A stretch of DNA of 64,000 nt from IMG/VR virus record IMGVR_UViG_3300018080_000142, positions 1 to 64,000 of that record, one strand, 5' to 3'. Position 1 is the stretch's first letter. Every line of letters starts with the position of its first letter. The DNA is from a virus. Made by a program: the position numbers and the translations under genes. Under the pieces are notes generated by a model, which did not search any database, was not told the origin of the DNA, and was given only the letters and a program-made list of their open reading frames with translations. This document shows positions 11,801 to 20,704 of this stretch, in pieces.

Positions 11801-14800
11801 TGGAATACCGATAAACAGGATAACCACTATTGAGATCCTGGATCCTGGTACGACCGGTGATGAAGGTCTGTTGAAAGGCAGAACTCGTTATACGCATAAT
11901 AATGAAGAACATATCCTCTTACCGGAAATTGCATCGAATGTTGATGGTGGAAGGTATGAGAATACCAAGTTTGAGGGCCGGCCGGAAGAAGCTGTTAAGT
12001 ATGTTAGAAGGAATAAAGGAAAACATCTTGACCTCTTTACGCTTGGCGGTGAACTTATGGAATGGGAGATCTACGGCAGGGATGGTGTTATACCTGGTGA
12101 GCTGATGATATCAAACAGAGTGCCGGGAACAAACCTGCATTCGCATACTGTTGGCAGGCTGAAAGTAGGTTTTCCAGCCGGAAACTTTACAATGCTTGAC
12201 AAGGAGAGCCAGAGGAACAGCGGTTCTGACGCTGATGGTGACCAGCGGTTTAATCAGGTTTTCTATAAGGATAAGAACGGCAATATCGTTGAGGACGAAC
12301 CGGATCAGGAAACAAGGGAAGGTCTTGCCAATGATATAATGAGATTGATGGCCGAAGATTACATGAATCCGGCCTTCGATACCAGGGTAAAAAGTCCGAT
12401 CAATACAGAAGCTTATGATCCCATTCTCGATGTTATCTCAGAAAAAGAAAAGCGTGTAGAGTATACCATGCTTGATCCTCGGGGTTATGACCGGGCAAGG
12501 AATGAAAATATGGTTGGTGTCAAGATGAAGGGAATCATGACTGATGCCGTGACCACGTACAGCCTGATAGCAAACAGGAATATTCCCTTCAAGTCAACGC
12601 AACAGATAGGTAATGTGAAGCTGACCGGTTTTGTCAAGGATCCTCTCGGTTATATGAAGGAACATCTTGCAAACTTTGTCAACCTCGCCTTTGACAATGC
12701 TGCTGATCCAAAGATTGAAAGGCTCGGTTTGAATGAGCATACAGCGAATATGTTCGTCATTGCATTGCTTGGAAACCGGGGGCTGGATACAAGGAATCAG
12801 GATGAGATACTGAAATACATTGAAAAGATCGCAAAGTATTTCACTTCACCGATCATGCGTGACTTTACAGAACGGATGAGAAGGGATTCCGGTGGCATGA
12901 GAGCTGTCGATCTTAAGGACGTGGCGAAGAATCTGAAGAATAAATACAAGCCTGAATCTGTTGACCAGATGATTTCGTTCTATAAGAGGGCAAGGGAGTT
13001 TCCGGATCTGAGGAGGTTCTATAGTCTCACACAAAATGCACCTGGCAGTGTGGTTGAATACGTTCTTGATCAGTCATTGTATGACAAGGTCAGAAACAAT
13101 GGGTTTAGATTCATCGATGTTAAGAGACTTTTCGGTAAAAACGATCTTCCGATAGTCCAGTTTGCATCATCCGCAGGATCTCTAAGAGTATCCAAAGATT
13201 ATATCTTCGAAGATACTTTCGATCAGTCGATTGTCGGCCAGGAGCTATACCGGTATATCAGTACGCTTCTTCGCAAGAAACCTGGTGGGTTTACAATGGA
13301 TCAGCTTATCTCTGTATCCAGGGGAATCAACAATATGGCTGCCATACGTGCCATAGGTGTCAAACAAAACATGAGATCTCTCGAGAGTGAGCTTCTGTCA
13401 AATCTTGATAGCTACCGGGAGAAATATCCCGATAATCTGTTCCTTGAGACAGTTCAGAAAGTCAGGCGTAAAGGAAATGATTACCTCGAGATACTTCCTG
13501 ACTACCGGAAAAGCAAGATCGGTGATGTGAAGCTTGCAAATACTCGGAATGATTTCGACCGGCTGAGTGATGATCTTAAGGATAAGTTCGCTGCTTATGC
13601 CTTGTATCGTTGGGGAGCAACTACAAGTACTTTCGGTGGATCCTACTACAATCTGTTCGGTGACGGATATCGTATAGACCTGTCATTGAGAATGCAGGAA
13701 GAACTTCTGTCATGGCAGTTGAATGAGCTTTCTTCCGTTGAGAAACTACAGATCGGTGAATGGATACTCAGAGCATCCAGGGATCCAAACCTGCGTAAAG
13801 TATCTGCGGTTAATCCTGCCTATGAAAATTACTACGACTATAATTCCCTTTCAACAATAGACTTTCCCATCTCTTACGAGGCAATGGACGGACTTCACGG
13901 TGTCTCGAGTATGGAGGATCTCAGCGAATATTCGGAAACACATCAGTTTGATGCCGAGGCATTGCTGGATTACATAGAGAAACAAACCGGTTCAAGGAAG
14001 GTAGTAAGGTTTGCCAAAGGAAAAGTGCAAGAATTCAGGGACAGAGCAATGAAGTTCTTCCCGCCGAACACTACTGCTCCGGAACCGTTAAGAGATATGA
14101 TGCCGTCAAGTGGTATTGGTGAGGCGTTAGCAAGTGAGGATCCGGAACTTCAGGATTTTATTTTTACCCGCCTGCGTAAAATGTATCCTGGGGTCCGGAT
14201 CTTTGCCAGCAGAGATTCTTTCATGGAATTTGTCGAGAAACATGGTGGTCGCGGTTTCAATGTCAATCCGGAGGCCATAGGTAACGCTTTCAAGAATGCC
14301 ATCCGGATCGATCCTGAGAAGGCTGAACAATCAACAATGTTCCATGAATATGCACACATTTACTGGGATGCCCTTCCAGATGACAATAATGTAAAGACCG
14401 ACCTGAGAAATATGTATTATGATCTCTATGCCGACAAGATATTTACATTGGAGGATCTTGATGAAATGATCATAATTGATATCGGTAAGGCTGGTGTAGA
14501 GCGTGGCAGGCTTAAGTTCGAAGGTTTACGACTGGAAAGATTCATGGATCTGTTAAGACAGTTCTGGATCGAGGTTAAGAAGCTGCTTGGATTTGCCAGC
14601 AGACAAGACCTGGTTGATGATCTTACGAATGATATCTGGGAGAACTCCGGCAGGATCAGAACTGAAACTGCATTTGGCGAGGCTGTTGTTCATAATATGA
14701 TATCGTACAACTTCAGTAGTGAAAATATGCCGGGTTTCAATGGTGCTGAACATACTCATTACATCGGTGACAAGCCGGTAACGAGTGTTACCTCTGTGAT

Positions 14801-17800
14801 CGGTACTGAGTTAAAGTCAGATATCTTTAATCCGTCTGCAGTTGCGATGAAAAGCGCTCAGAACTTTGAAAGGATTTACAGCAACTATACCAAGGAAAGA
14901 CTTGGTGAAAAGGAACTCGAGGAGGAAGCTCAGGCTGATCTGGTCATATGGGATGAAAAGACTGAACGCGGAAATACTGCACACAAAGTAGCCGAAAGTG
15001 TGTTTGGCAATGCCATTATAACAAAGGATGACATAGCATGGTTTGAAGATCCGGCTGATTATCGCAAGCTCAGGAACAAACTACTCGAGATAAAAGACCA
15101 CATACTTGCAAGATTCCCGAAAGCAGAGTTCTATCCTGAACGTCATGTCATATCCAAGAAATTCAAGATAGGTGGTTTTGTTGACCTGGTCGTTGATATC
15201 GGAGATAACAAATTGCTGGTATATGATTTCAAGACTGTTGAGAGCCAGCTTGCAGATGATGAAGGTAAAGCATTGCCTGATTACAAGAAAGCTTACGGCC
15301 TGATGAAACCGCCGTTCCAGCATCTCAGCAACTCGAAGTACACGGAGCATATGCTTCAAACGAATATGTATTCTTCCATCCTCGAGGAACAAACGGATCC
15401 GGAAAAACCAGGTCAAGTAAATCAGGTAGTTGAAGTGCGTATCGTACCGATTATTCGTAAAATTGATCCGGAAACGGGAAAATTCACGGATGTTAAGCTT
15501 GGCAATGTTGTCAAGATCCCGAGAAATGATAAAACAATTCAGATCGCTGAAAGAGTGATGGGTCACAGTGTTCTACTACGTGAGGATTTTGACAGGATCT
15601 ATCCGGATTTCAAGGCCAACCTAGAGAAGCTGAAGGTAGCTCCTGTAATAATAAAGGATACGCTCACTGCATTCCATTTTGTAAAGCAGCTGTCACCTGA
15701 TGTAAGTAAGTTCAGCAGAGCTAACGTTTCCGATGCAAGGACTGCCGGCCTGCAGGCGATGAAAGGCATCCTCATTGACCGTGGGTTTGATATGTCAGAC
15801 TTCCGTGGTCCAAGAAAGATGAGTTTCGAAGAACTATTCTACATAGCATATGCTGAGAAACATATCACTAAGCAGATGTTGCTGGATCCTGACAGCGGTG
15901 TATCGCTTGATTCTTTGTTTCCGGAACAGGAAGTGTATAAGAAACTCACTCCAAAACCTAACCCGGCTGCTAAAAAGAGCAGTTGGCACAGAGTAAAACT
16001 CGGCGATAAGGATTATTTACTTCAGGACGTTGGCATAAACAATGCTTCTGTCGGTGATGATGTCATGCGTATATATGATTTCAAATGGAAATCCGGCCGG
16101 ATGGGAAGGAATCATTACAGGTATACTATCCTGAAAATCGATAAGAAAAAAAGAAGGTTCTTTATCCACAATGTAGATTCCGGTGAGGATCACTGGGTTT
16201 CCGTACCTGGAAAGACCGATGGATTCCTGAAGATCCATGCCGACTTGCCGGAAGGTGTCCAGGAACCGGGAGAAGATTCCTTTGTCTCGAGATACATCTA
16301 CGAGGCTGAATCAATCAGAGAAAAGCATTACAAGTCAGATTTCAAGATCGGTGAACCGGCCGAAACAGTCGAAGGTGAACAGGAGCGCAACCGCAAGGAA
16401 AGGCAGTTAAGAGAGATCTGGAAGTTCTTCAGGCAGTATGATGACATGGAAAAGGTTGAGGAATTCCTTAACGATGAAAAAGCAGTGGAGGACTTTTATG
16501 AGATAATGGCATCTGTAGATGCAGAGTTCGGTACACACCTGCAACTATTCATACGTGATGAAGGCGTAAATAATATGCTTGCCAGTGCTGTCAGGAGGGA
16601 ACTGCAGGGATTTGAGGATGTCCCTGATCAATTACTTCCTATGACTACGAACCTGTATTACATGCTCACAATGAACCAGAAGGAAGTCTGGAAGAACTTT
16701 GATAGGCTTAACACTTTCAGGCTTACCATGCCGGCTAGGATGATAGAAATGCGATTTGTACCACTGAGTATGTTTACCACACAGACTGCCGTATCGATCA
16801 AGAAATATAATCAGGAGGCATTTGATCTTACCAGGTCATTCCGAAGATTCGCCAGAGGGAAAGTAAATGTCGAGCTACTTATTGTTGAGGATGGTGAAAG
16901 GCTTTACTGGCGCAGGCCGACTTCTGCAATGAAGGAGGATCACCCACTTGAGTTTGAATTTCTCAAGGAGCTTTACAGATATTACGAATACTTCGATCCT
17001 GAGATGAAAAGATACAAAGATACCGAGCAGGGTTTAACAAAAAGGATCCCGGTGACACAAATCTTTGCATCCAGGAGTGAAATGATCGACAGGTATGGTG
17101 GCAAATGGGGTCCTGTTCTGTACCAAAGATTACAACCAAAGGCTTATGATCATGTTAAGGTGAAACTTATACATGAGATCAATAAGGAAACCGGTGAGGT
17201 CAAGTATCTTGAGGATAGTGATGGTAAACCAGTTTATAGGACATTGAAGCAGATCAAGGAAGGATTCATATTTGACAGGAGTGATCCTGTTGAGCTGGCG
17301 AAGATACTTGGTCCGAGATGGAAAAATATAATGCGTATACCCGGTACTGTACCTGTAGCTGGTAAAGCCGGGCTACTTAATCATTATATTAAGCAGGCAA
17401 TCCAGATATATCGCAAGGGTGGTGACCAGAATAACCTATCAGCCAATATTAATCAATCCAAGCGAAGAATTCCGATGGCCGGAAAAGGATCCACTGTATA
17501 TGCTACTGAACATTACGTAGAGGCCGAAGAAAAATCCATCAACAGCATGATGAAACGGTTCTACCTGAAAAGGATGATGGCTCCCCTGGATTGGATGCTC
17601 GATATGTATGGATCCTATTCGTCAGAATCCAAAGACGAGGATAACTTGATCATGAAATATCTGCGCGTCTGGGGTGAGTACCAGCTGTACGGAAAGAAGC
17701 CGACTGCTGCATTTGAATGGCTTGGAAGTCAAACAATGTCAGATCTAGTAGACGTTGGTAACAGAGCTAATAGCTGGAATAAGATTCTCTTTTCATTGAA

Positions 17801-19424
17801 AACACAGTTTATTAACCTTGCCATTGGTCAGGGAATGGACATAATTCGGGAACCTGGTGCATACATAAGAGGACTTGAGAGAATGTTCGGTTCGGGTGGT
17901 CCGATTAAGAATATTACAAAGGCATGGAGGATTCTGCGTAGATACAAGCTTGCAAACATTGTTAGTGATGTTACATTCGACCAGATTGATAAGGAATTCA
18001 GACTTATGGGTATAGATCTGTCAAAAATTGAGAAAGTTGGTTTTTGGCCTATGGAAGCAGCTGAAAAGCTTAACCAATTTCCAATATTTATAGGTTTGAT
18101 GACCGATGCAGAGTGGAATGCTTATGACAGTACAGGTAAAGTAGTTGACAAGAAAAATGCAATGTCATTCTGGCGAGCCTTAATGCTTGAGGGCAGGGTC
18201 CAGGATATTCATGGTGATTACGGTACAGAAAATGCAGCACCTTTATGGCTAGGTAATACAGGTAAAGCATTACTTCAGTTCAGGAAATGGTTACCAGCAA
18301 TGATCTGGGCTCATCTTGCCCCGTATCATATCGACAGGAATATGGCAGTACGCAGTGGGATCCTGCCAACAGTACATTTGATGGCTAAAGTGATCTCGTA
18401 CAATGTAAGGACCACACAGGAAAAGCAGGAGCAACGTGCCAAGAAAATAGAAGAAATGGCTGAGCGCGGTGAGTTTGCGAATGAAGCATTCTTCAGGAAT
18501 GTAAGCGAATATATGGATACCCTTGTACATGCCGTAAATGGTAAGAAAATACAATGGAAGGATCTCTCTGAAAGTGACAAGAGGAATATCCGTTCATTTG
18601 CAATAGAGGTAATGTTATATGCTGCTATGACATTTACGTACCTTGCAATAATGGGACCTGGTGATGAAAAGACATTCAGGGATTACAGAAAAAGAATATT
18701 TGCTCCATTGTTCAAACGATATCAAGGTGATGTTTTCTGGATCTTTACACCTGATAACTGGCAATATTTCAGCGAACAGATGGTCCCAATGATCAGCATT
18801 ATAGCAGGATCAGTGAAATTTATGTCTGATGCTACCTGGTATATCTATTCGCTTATCGATCCTACAAAAGCTCCCAATGCACTGTATAATAAAGATACAT
18901 TAGTTGCAAGAAAGGGATTCCCAAAGTTTATCGTATCGGGATCATATATAGCGCCCGGTGGTAGTTTGATGAGACATGCAGCAGTAATGATTCGCAGAAA
19001 AAGATTGAAACGCACTCCGGTTGACCTTGAACAGTTCGGTCTGACTTCGGAAGATTTAATTGATTTCGGTGTTCAGGAAGGTGAACTTAATGAATTCAAC
19101 CTGATCGAAATGTCATACAAATATGAAAGGATAATGCGTGACTTACGGCAGGCTGCCAAGTACAATGCATTAAAGAATAAAAATATCGATCCTGATTGGT
19201 TCATGGATCTCGAGACCGGTGAAGATCTGTTACGGTCGGAGGCTGACCAGCTGAAAGACTTGCTAAGAATGATCCAGATTGAACAGCAGGCACTGGATGG
19301 AGAGATCGATCTTGAACAGGTTCAAAAGGATGCTGCAGAGTACCGGAAACTGGAAAAAGCTCGTCAGGCACGTCCAAAGAGAAAAACAAAGCGTAAATTT
19401 AGAGAGGCAATACAACAAAAATAA
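5823..19424 (+). CDS. Giant virion-associated DNA-dependent RNA polymerase polyprotein (two-barrel RNAP with zincin-like and PD-(D/E)xK domains)
   Basis: 4533 aa. Catalytic-type motif GSDADGD (DADGD at 12228-12242) preceded by ISNRVP (beta-prime R-x-P motif). HEYAH at 14343-14357. PD-(D/E)xK motifs (RGNTAH, GFVDLVV, VYDFKT, MLQTNMY) at about 14750-15450. crAss-like synteny. Confidence 0.8.
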   Translation: MPDTTRVYDPRTGKITEPGEEKFTGDTAAGSPIDLRPDAPRAYDPVNNQIGIQIDGEFQPISREQHFYEKGVIPKVEKQIEQYEEELRDFREKIEGTKYITEDEKRNRILEIDMEITKLQQDQRRAARQQQPFDTFALPGPGTAGVSIQMDPEKQGEMKRINEEIIRLAKERRNLAEDLKPVSEEEKRDIRNNYGAFDGFGEIKMHEKYGVERSMRIYREAVSDQLDVLAKARIKVNKPENIISYDNILFGKEPELKHTDQAGLDKIWEAATTDPDYADGDYAAKRKILHQKVKEFLSDKEGIEDKESASYNILSNLLTKFAQSDDGNFTIEGLKLYAEHMSNRVNSMMEYLQGSLSQVKDEDPHEEKRKFDQLERQYGKDAVRQWYNTLMSDAFQLRLVQDQLDKILKMPEARRGLKDAGKGFLATPAHELMLGVYQLAEAMNVNKIVDKVNDGRELTFSEDLALKAYATINYAGNYDTESTVYKATKGMVEMLPYIAEFLISGPTYSAIRGAALKGTTKLARGVIGRQATFRLGKKIYNVADLAALNLARVAGTAVRPIAIPQMPVTKSLQNIRDDVVLNPTMEGIEAEVLKNTGDPLAEGIGKGYWSAFSELFTEKMGRHIMRVIPFAGKIGKQLSGKQMVQRTVLDRFMKLKGIQSIEKLGSYISRNKLGWDGIMEEYLEEVANYYMETAVTGERVHGKEFWDQQLVTFLTVAGFGAFMKPVQLTLHGAVGHKMKYTMETPEGEIKTVNLPRQVHQDLMKIVGKPGAFIDDEAITGFFDKYKGELSREQFDLLMHLTVQEGQKKAQEFVATHGPGRAAKRIDEDELKPEQEITEPAPELSKEEVSEIEEENRKIIAEHPDLARLDLLTEDPATGQLLSPSETVIEQTHQQIADELAEKAEYDQFGNVTNLTPEIERLVEQEETLSRYKDEMHDRSVDFEDLSISDKQERLSIELREGKTLKGKTTPVTDRRFQVELKDGRKVDVWFHRNLAPDVEKKARKAINNHEKVELRLQDWQEWNPDRNITDESGVPYEDRIQAWIGENPVGAVRVTDFREKRARAERAREDRERAVGKLAESTKEFFEGFAVKKAYSDEERRDQAKKFIQMVKDAGVLAGVEVQIAVQRLIEYIRELTNIDDEQKGYLIALVNQNKKEIERIAAQQRIKEKGYARKAEELSIDNLVIPSIEGVAPSGAQKIDAFLNGYAPVWKGLSESLEVSKESVEKAFYQIARRTDALGSLQNEAVFSYFLEGLYAEDRINDAIVDLLRRSSISSVLSLFNFYGNVRLTKQYGMLFNGSTFSMKLLNPSEKYDDFVNSFTNAVKRYEHKGYTGYEALRHRIYAHNEQREELFHSKNQDYSWYWDQSAEQREELRRTQHERDIELLGEFTGIPTDTWREYFTSQTKETMAKPTKDAPRNAEYTTYDNLLAHDTYRGNYPRIQSNIAFNLGFGVIYNREEKRPRTLEEFKEAFEVYFLRGNETTGALSNLYKLSTAIQERDEIGLSGIDVKGDRFSSFVQRSHLFNAAENIRRLNVDNRITRFYRDKDKEMEVVLVNGLHNTKVNRGKKGTHTVNLSSEDLWLTQMDFFLQEGDTYLHWLGQFGDKPAVYFAEVPKETEITSEKISALKKKFPDFDKAVKWVHDEYIQLNQSFFNSFLLSPTKDIDARKRERMDIARNFVYNFAVNMESSNKIFHGSQESYNDLTDIVKRGGSTNSPGYVLNPYIEGGVGETFQFALIEDPTFLGLEAFDGEEFMSADYAERTQVSMGSTLSKVDQEGNEILTTTKSLFSTINYDTGYRGLTKTNRLNIEILASAFPGSKFEHIRDFMKAHSIDVLAGTSGTKKSEMNPDRKAVSIKLWDEEGNLLKKPVIPENSIIARNTSDVFVQQDLRHSTEGSPTNMPSQIPANMQAIENGVEISRKIFRLQVKVMAEMVREFDGKKIDDVKIKWLKDLVNENTQPDLYRLLEAGMTPYEPSFANFMRKMLSSELTRKALGIPINRITTIEILDPGTTGDEGLLKGRTRYTHNNEEHILLPEIASNVDGGRYENTKFEGRPEEAVKYVRRNKGKHLDLFTLGGELMEWEIYGRDGVIPGELMISNRVPGTNLHSHTVGRLKVGFPAGNFTMLDKESQRNSGSDADGDQRFNQVFYKDKNGNIVEDEPDQETREGLANDIMRLMAEDYMNPAFDTRVKSPINTEAYDPILDVISEKEKRVEYTMLDPRGYDRARNENMVGVKMKGIMTDAVTTYSLIANRNIPFKSTQQIGNVKLTGFVKDPLGYMKEHLANFVNLAFDNAADPKIERLGLNEHTANMFVIALLGNRGLDTRNQDEILKYIEKIAKYFTSPIMRDFTERMRRDSGGMRAVDLKDVAKNLKNKYKPESVDQMISFYKRAREFPDLRRFYSLTQNAPGSVVEYVLDQSLYDKVRNNGFRFIDVKRLFGKNDLPIVQFASSAGSLRVSKDYIFEDTFDQSIVGQELYRYISTLLRKKPGGFTMDQLISVSRGINNMAAIRAIGVKQNMRSLESELLSNLDSYREKYPDNLFLETVQKVRRKGNDYLEILPDYRKSKIGDVKLANTRNDFDRLSDDLKDKFAAYALYRWGATTSTFGGSYYNLFGDGYRIDLSLRMQEELLSWQLNELSSVEKLQIGEWILRASRDPNLRKVSAVNPAYENYYDYNSLSTIDFPISYEAMDGLHGVSSMEDLSEYSETHQFDAEALLDYIEKQTGSRKVVRFAKGKVQEFRDRAMKFFPPNTTAPEPLRDMMPSSGIGEALASEDPELQDFIFTRLRKMYPGVRIFASRDSFMEFVEKHGGRGFNVNPEAIGNAFKNAIRIDPEKAEQSTMFHEYAHIYWDALPDDNNVKTDLRNMYYDLYADKIFTLEDLDEMIIIDIGKAGVERGRLKFEGLRLERFMDLLRQFWIEVKKLLGFASRQDLVDDLTNDIWENSGRIRTETAFGEAVVHNMISYNFSSENMPGFNGAEHTHYIGDKPVTSVTSVIGTELKSDIFNPSAVAMKSAQNFERIYSNYTKERLGEKELEEEAQADLVIWDEKTERGNTAHKVAESVFGNAIITKDDIAWFEDPADYRKLRNKLLEIKDHILARFPKAEFYPERHVISKKFKIGGFVDLVVDIGDNKLLVYDFKTVESQLADDEGKALPDYKKAYGLMKPPFQHLSNSKYTEHMLQTNMYSSILEEQTDPEKPGQVNQVVEVRIVPIIRKIDPETGKFTDVKLGNVVKIPRNDKTIQIAERVMGHSVLLREDFDRIYPDFKANLEKLKVAPVIIKDTLTAFHFVKQLSPDVSKFSRANVSDARTAGLQAMKGILIDRGFDMSDFRGPRKMSFEELFYIAYAEKHITKQMLLDPDSGVSLDSLFPEQEVYKKLTPKPNPAAKKSSWHRVKLGDKDYLLQDVGINNASVGDDVMRIYDFKWKSGRMGRNHYRYTILKIDKKKRRFFIHNVDSGEDHWVSVPGKTDGFLKIHADLPEGVQEPGEDSFVSRYIYEAESIREKHYKSDFKIGEPAETVEGEQERNRKERQLREIWKFFRQYDDMEKVEEFLNDEKAVEDFYEIMASVDAEFGTHLQLFIRDEGVNNMLASAVRRELQGFEDVPDQLLPMTTNLYYMLTMNQKEVWKNFDRLNTFRLTMPARMIEMRFVPLSMFTTQTAVSIKKYNQEAFDLTRSFRRFARGKVNVELLIVEDGERLYWRRPTSAMKEDHPLEFEFLKELYRYYEYFDPEMKRYKDTEQGLTKRIPVTQIFASRSEMIDRYGGKWGPVLYQRLQPKAYDHVKVKLIHEINKETGEVKYLEDSDGKPVYRTLKQIKEGFIFDRSDPVELAKILGPRWKNIMRIPGTVPVAGKAGLLNHYIKQAIQIYRKGGDQNNLSANINQSKRRIPMAGKGSTVYATEHYVEAEEKSINSMMKRFYLKRMMAPLDWMLDMYGSYSSESKDEDNLIMKYLRVWGEYQLYGKKPTAAFEWLGSQTMSDLVDVGNRANSWNKILFSLKTQFINLAIGQGMDIIREPGAYIRGLERMFGSGGPIKNITKAWRILRRYKLANIVSDVTFDQIDKEFRLMGIDLSKIEKVGFWPMEAAEKLNQFPIFIGLMTDAEWNAYDSTGKVVDKKNAMSFWRALMLEGRVQDIHGDYGTENAAPLWLGNTGKALLQFRKWLPAMIWAHLAPYHIDRNMAVRSGILPTVHLMAKVISYNVRTTQEKQEQRAKKIEEMAERGEFANEAFFRNVSEYMDTLVHAVNGKKIQWKDLSESDKRNIRSFAIEVMLYAAMTFTYLAIMGPGDEKTFRDYRKRIFAPLFKRYQGDVFWIFTPDNWQYFSEQMVPMISIIAGSVKFMSDATWYIYSLIDPTKAPNALYNKDTLVARKGFPKFIVSGSYIAPGGSLMRHAAVMIRRKRLKRTPVDLEQFGLTSEDLIDFGVQEGELNEFNLIEMSYKYERIMRDLRQAAKYNALKNKNIDPDWFMDLETGEDLLRSEADQLKDLLRMIQIEQQALDGEIDLEQVQKDAAEYRKLEKARQARPKRKTKRKFREAIQQK

Positions 19425-19430
19425 TTAATC

Positions 19431-20030
19431 ATGGCGTACACGGATTTCACTCCTAAGACTCATGTTCAGGAAGCTCAAGACGGAATGGGTTTCAAGATAT
19501 GGGATGAAAGCACCTGGAACGGTGAAAGTGGAAATACCACTTCGGCAGACCTATTTGTTTTTTTCATCAATGATGATGAGGAAACCATCGAATATGATGT
19601 CTACCCGTTGATAAGTGGTGTTGATACTACCAAGTTTGACGAATACCTTGATCGTGACGGTCATATTGTTGACCTGGTCGATCTTACTATTGACGGTGCA
19701 GCAGCTCCGGAACGGTTCGAGGATGGATATTACATCATCAGGATAGTCTACAATGACGGAACCTATGGTGCTGGTGCAGAACCTTATTATGACAATACCC
19801 AGGCATTCCTTGCTGAGTATCGCTGCAGAAAACGTAAGTTACCTGCCACACTGCTTACGTGGCCTATCGATGATGATGTAAGGCGAAAGAACTGGGATAT
19901 CTACCTCGTAGGGCTTTATCTCGAGTCAGCTGAAGATTCTGTCGATCTCGGCAAGAAAGTCGAATTCAGACGAATTATGGCTCTTATAAAGGCTATCTTC
20001 GATTACTATGAAATAACCGAATGCTTTTAA
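19431..20030 (+). CDS. Hypothetical virion protein
   Basis: 199-aa ORF in the structural operon. Confidence 0.5.
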   Translation: MAYTDFTPKTHVQEAQDGMGFKIWDESTWNGESGNTTSADLFVFFINDDEETIEYDVYPLISGVDTTKFDEYLDRDGHIVDLVDLTIDGAAAPERFEDGYYIIRIVYNDGTYGAGAEPYYDNTQAFLAEYRCRKRKLPATLLTWPIDDDVRRKNWDIYLVGLYLESAEDSVDLGKKVEFRRIMALIKAIFDYYEITECF

Positions 20031-20033
20031 GTC

Positions 20034-20297
20034 ATGCCACTCAGCTATACACAGACAGAGTATGATAATATCGTTCTCGGGATAGCAGAACATGAGATCC
20101 GGATAACAGATAAGCTCGTTGCCATGAAACGTCAGAACGATCCTGACTGTTGGAGGCAAGAAAATGAACTGATGATGCTGCAGAACTGCCTGCATGCATT
20201 GAAACATTATGATGTCGATGCAGATTTCTTATCAGATGAAGATATATACTATCTGCATGAATTGTGTGTCCTTGTCATACAAAGTTGTCCTTTATAA
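20034..20297 (+). CDS. Hypothetical protein
   Basis: 87-aa ORF. Its stop overlaps the next start (TAATG). Confidence 0.5.
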   Translation: MPLSYTQTEYDNIVLGIAEHEIRITDKLVAMKRQNDPDCWRQENELMMLQNCLHALKHYDVDADFLSDEDIYYLHELCVLVIQSCPL

Positions 20298-20704
20298 TGG
20301 GAAGCAAAGAATTCGGTCCTGAGCAGGATTACCCGCCAATATCCCCACCATCGGGGAAACCGTTTCTATTAAGATCGGACGGGCAACCTGCGACTTTCCT
20401 GGACCTGCTGGATACAATAAATTCCTACTCCGGCCACGCAGGAAAATTCCTGATGGTAAAGCTTACAGAGGATGGTGTAACCGTTTCAGCCGTATCGGTA
20501 GAGACCGACAAAAATTATGTCCATAACCAACCAACGCCTTCCGATGACTGGGGAACGATAAATCATGCAATGGGAAAATACCCTACTATAAACATATTTG
20601 ATGACTCTGGAAACGAGGCACACGCTGACATATCTCACGTAGACATTAACAATGTTACCATAACTTCGACAATAGCATTTGCAGGAACAGCATATTTTAA
20701 CTGA
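20297..20704 (+). CDS. Small tail/tail-fibre-associated protein
   Basis: Start moved to ATG 20297 because of TAATG coupling. Has an FLDLLDT..SYSG repeat like that of the next gene and a YVHNQ..W.INH.MGKYP module seen in phage tail proteins. Confidence 0.55.
   Translation: MGSKEFGPEQDYPPISPPSGKPFLLRSDGQPATFLDLLDTINSYSGHAGKFLMVKLTEDGVTVSAVSVETDKNYVHNQPTPSDDWGTINHAMGKYPTINIFDDSGNEAHADISHVDINNVTITSTIAFAGTAYFN

Noticed and set aside
5913-19389. Numerous antisense ORFs (up to 297 aa) within the RNAP gene and other long genes
   Set aside because: They are shadow frames of long coding sequences with no recognisable motifs.
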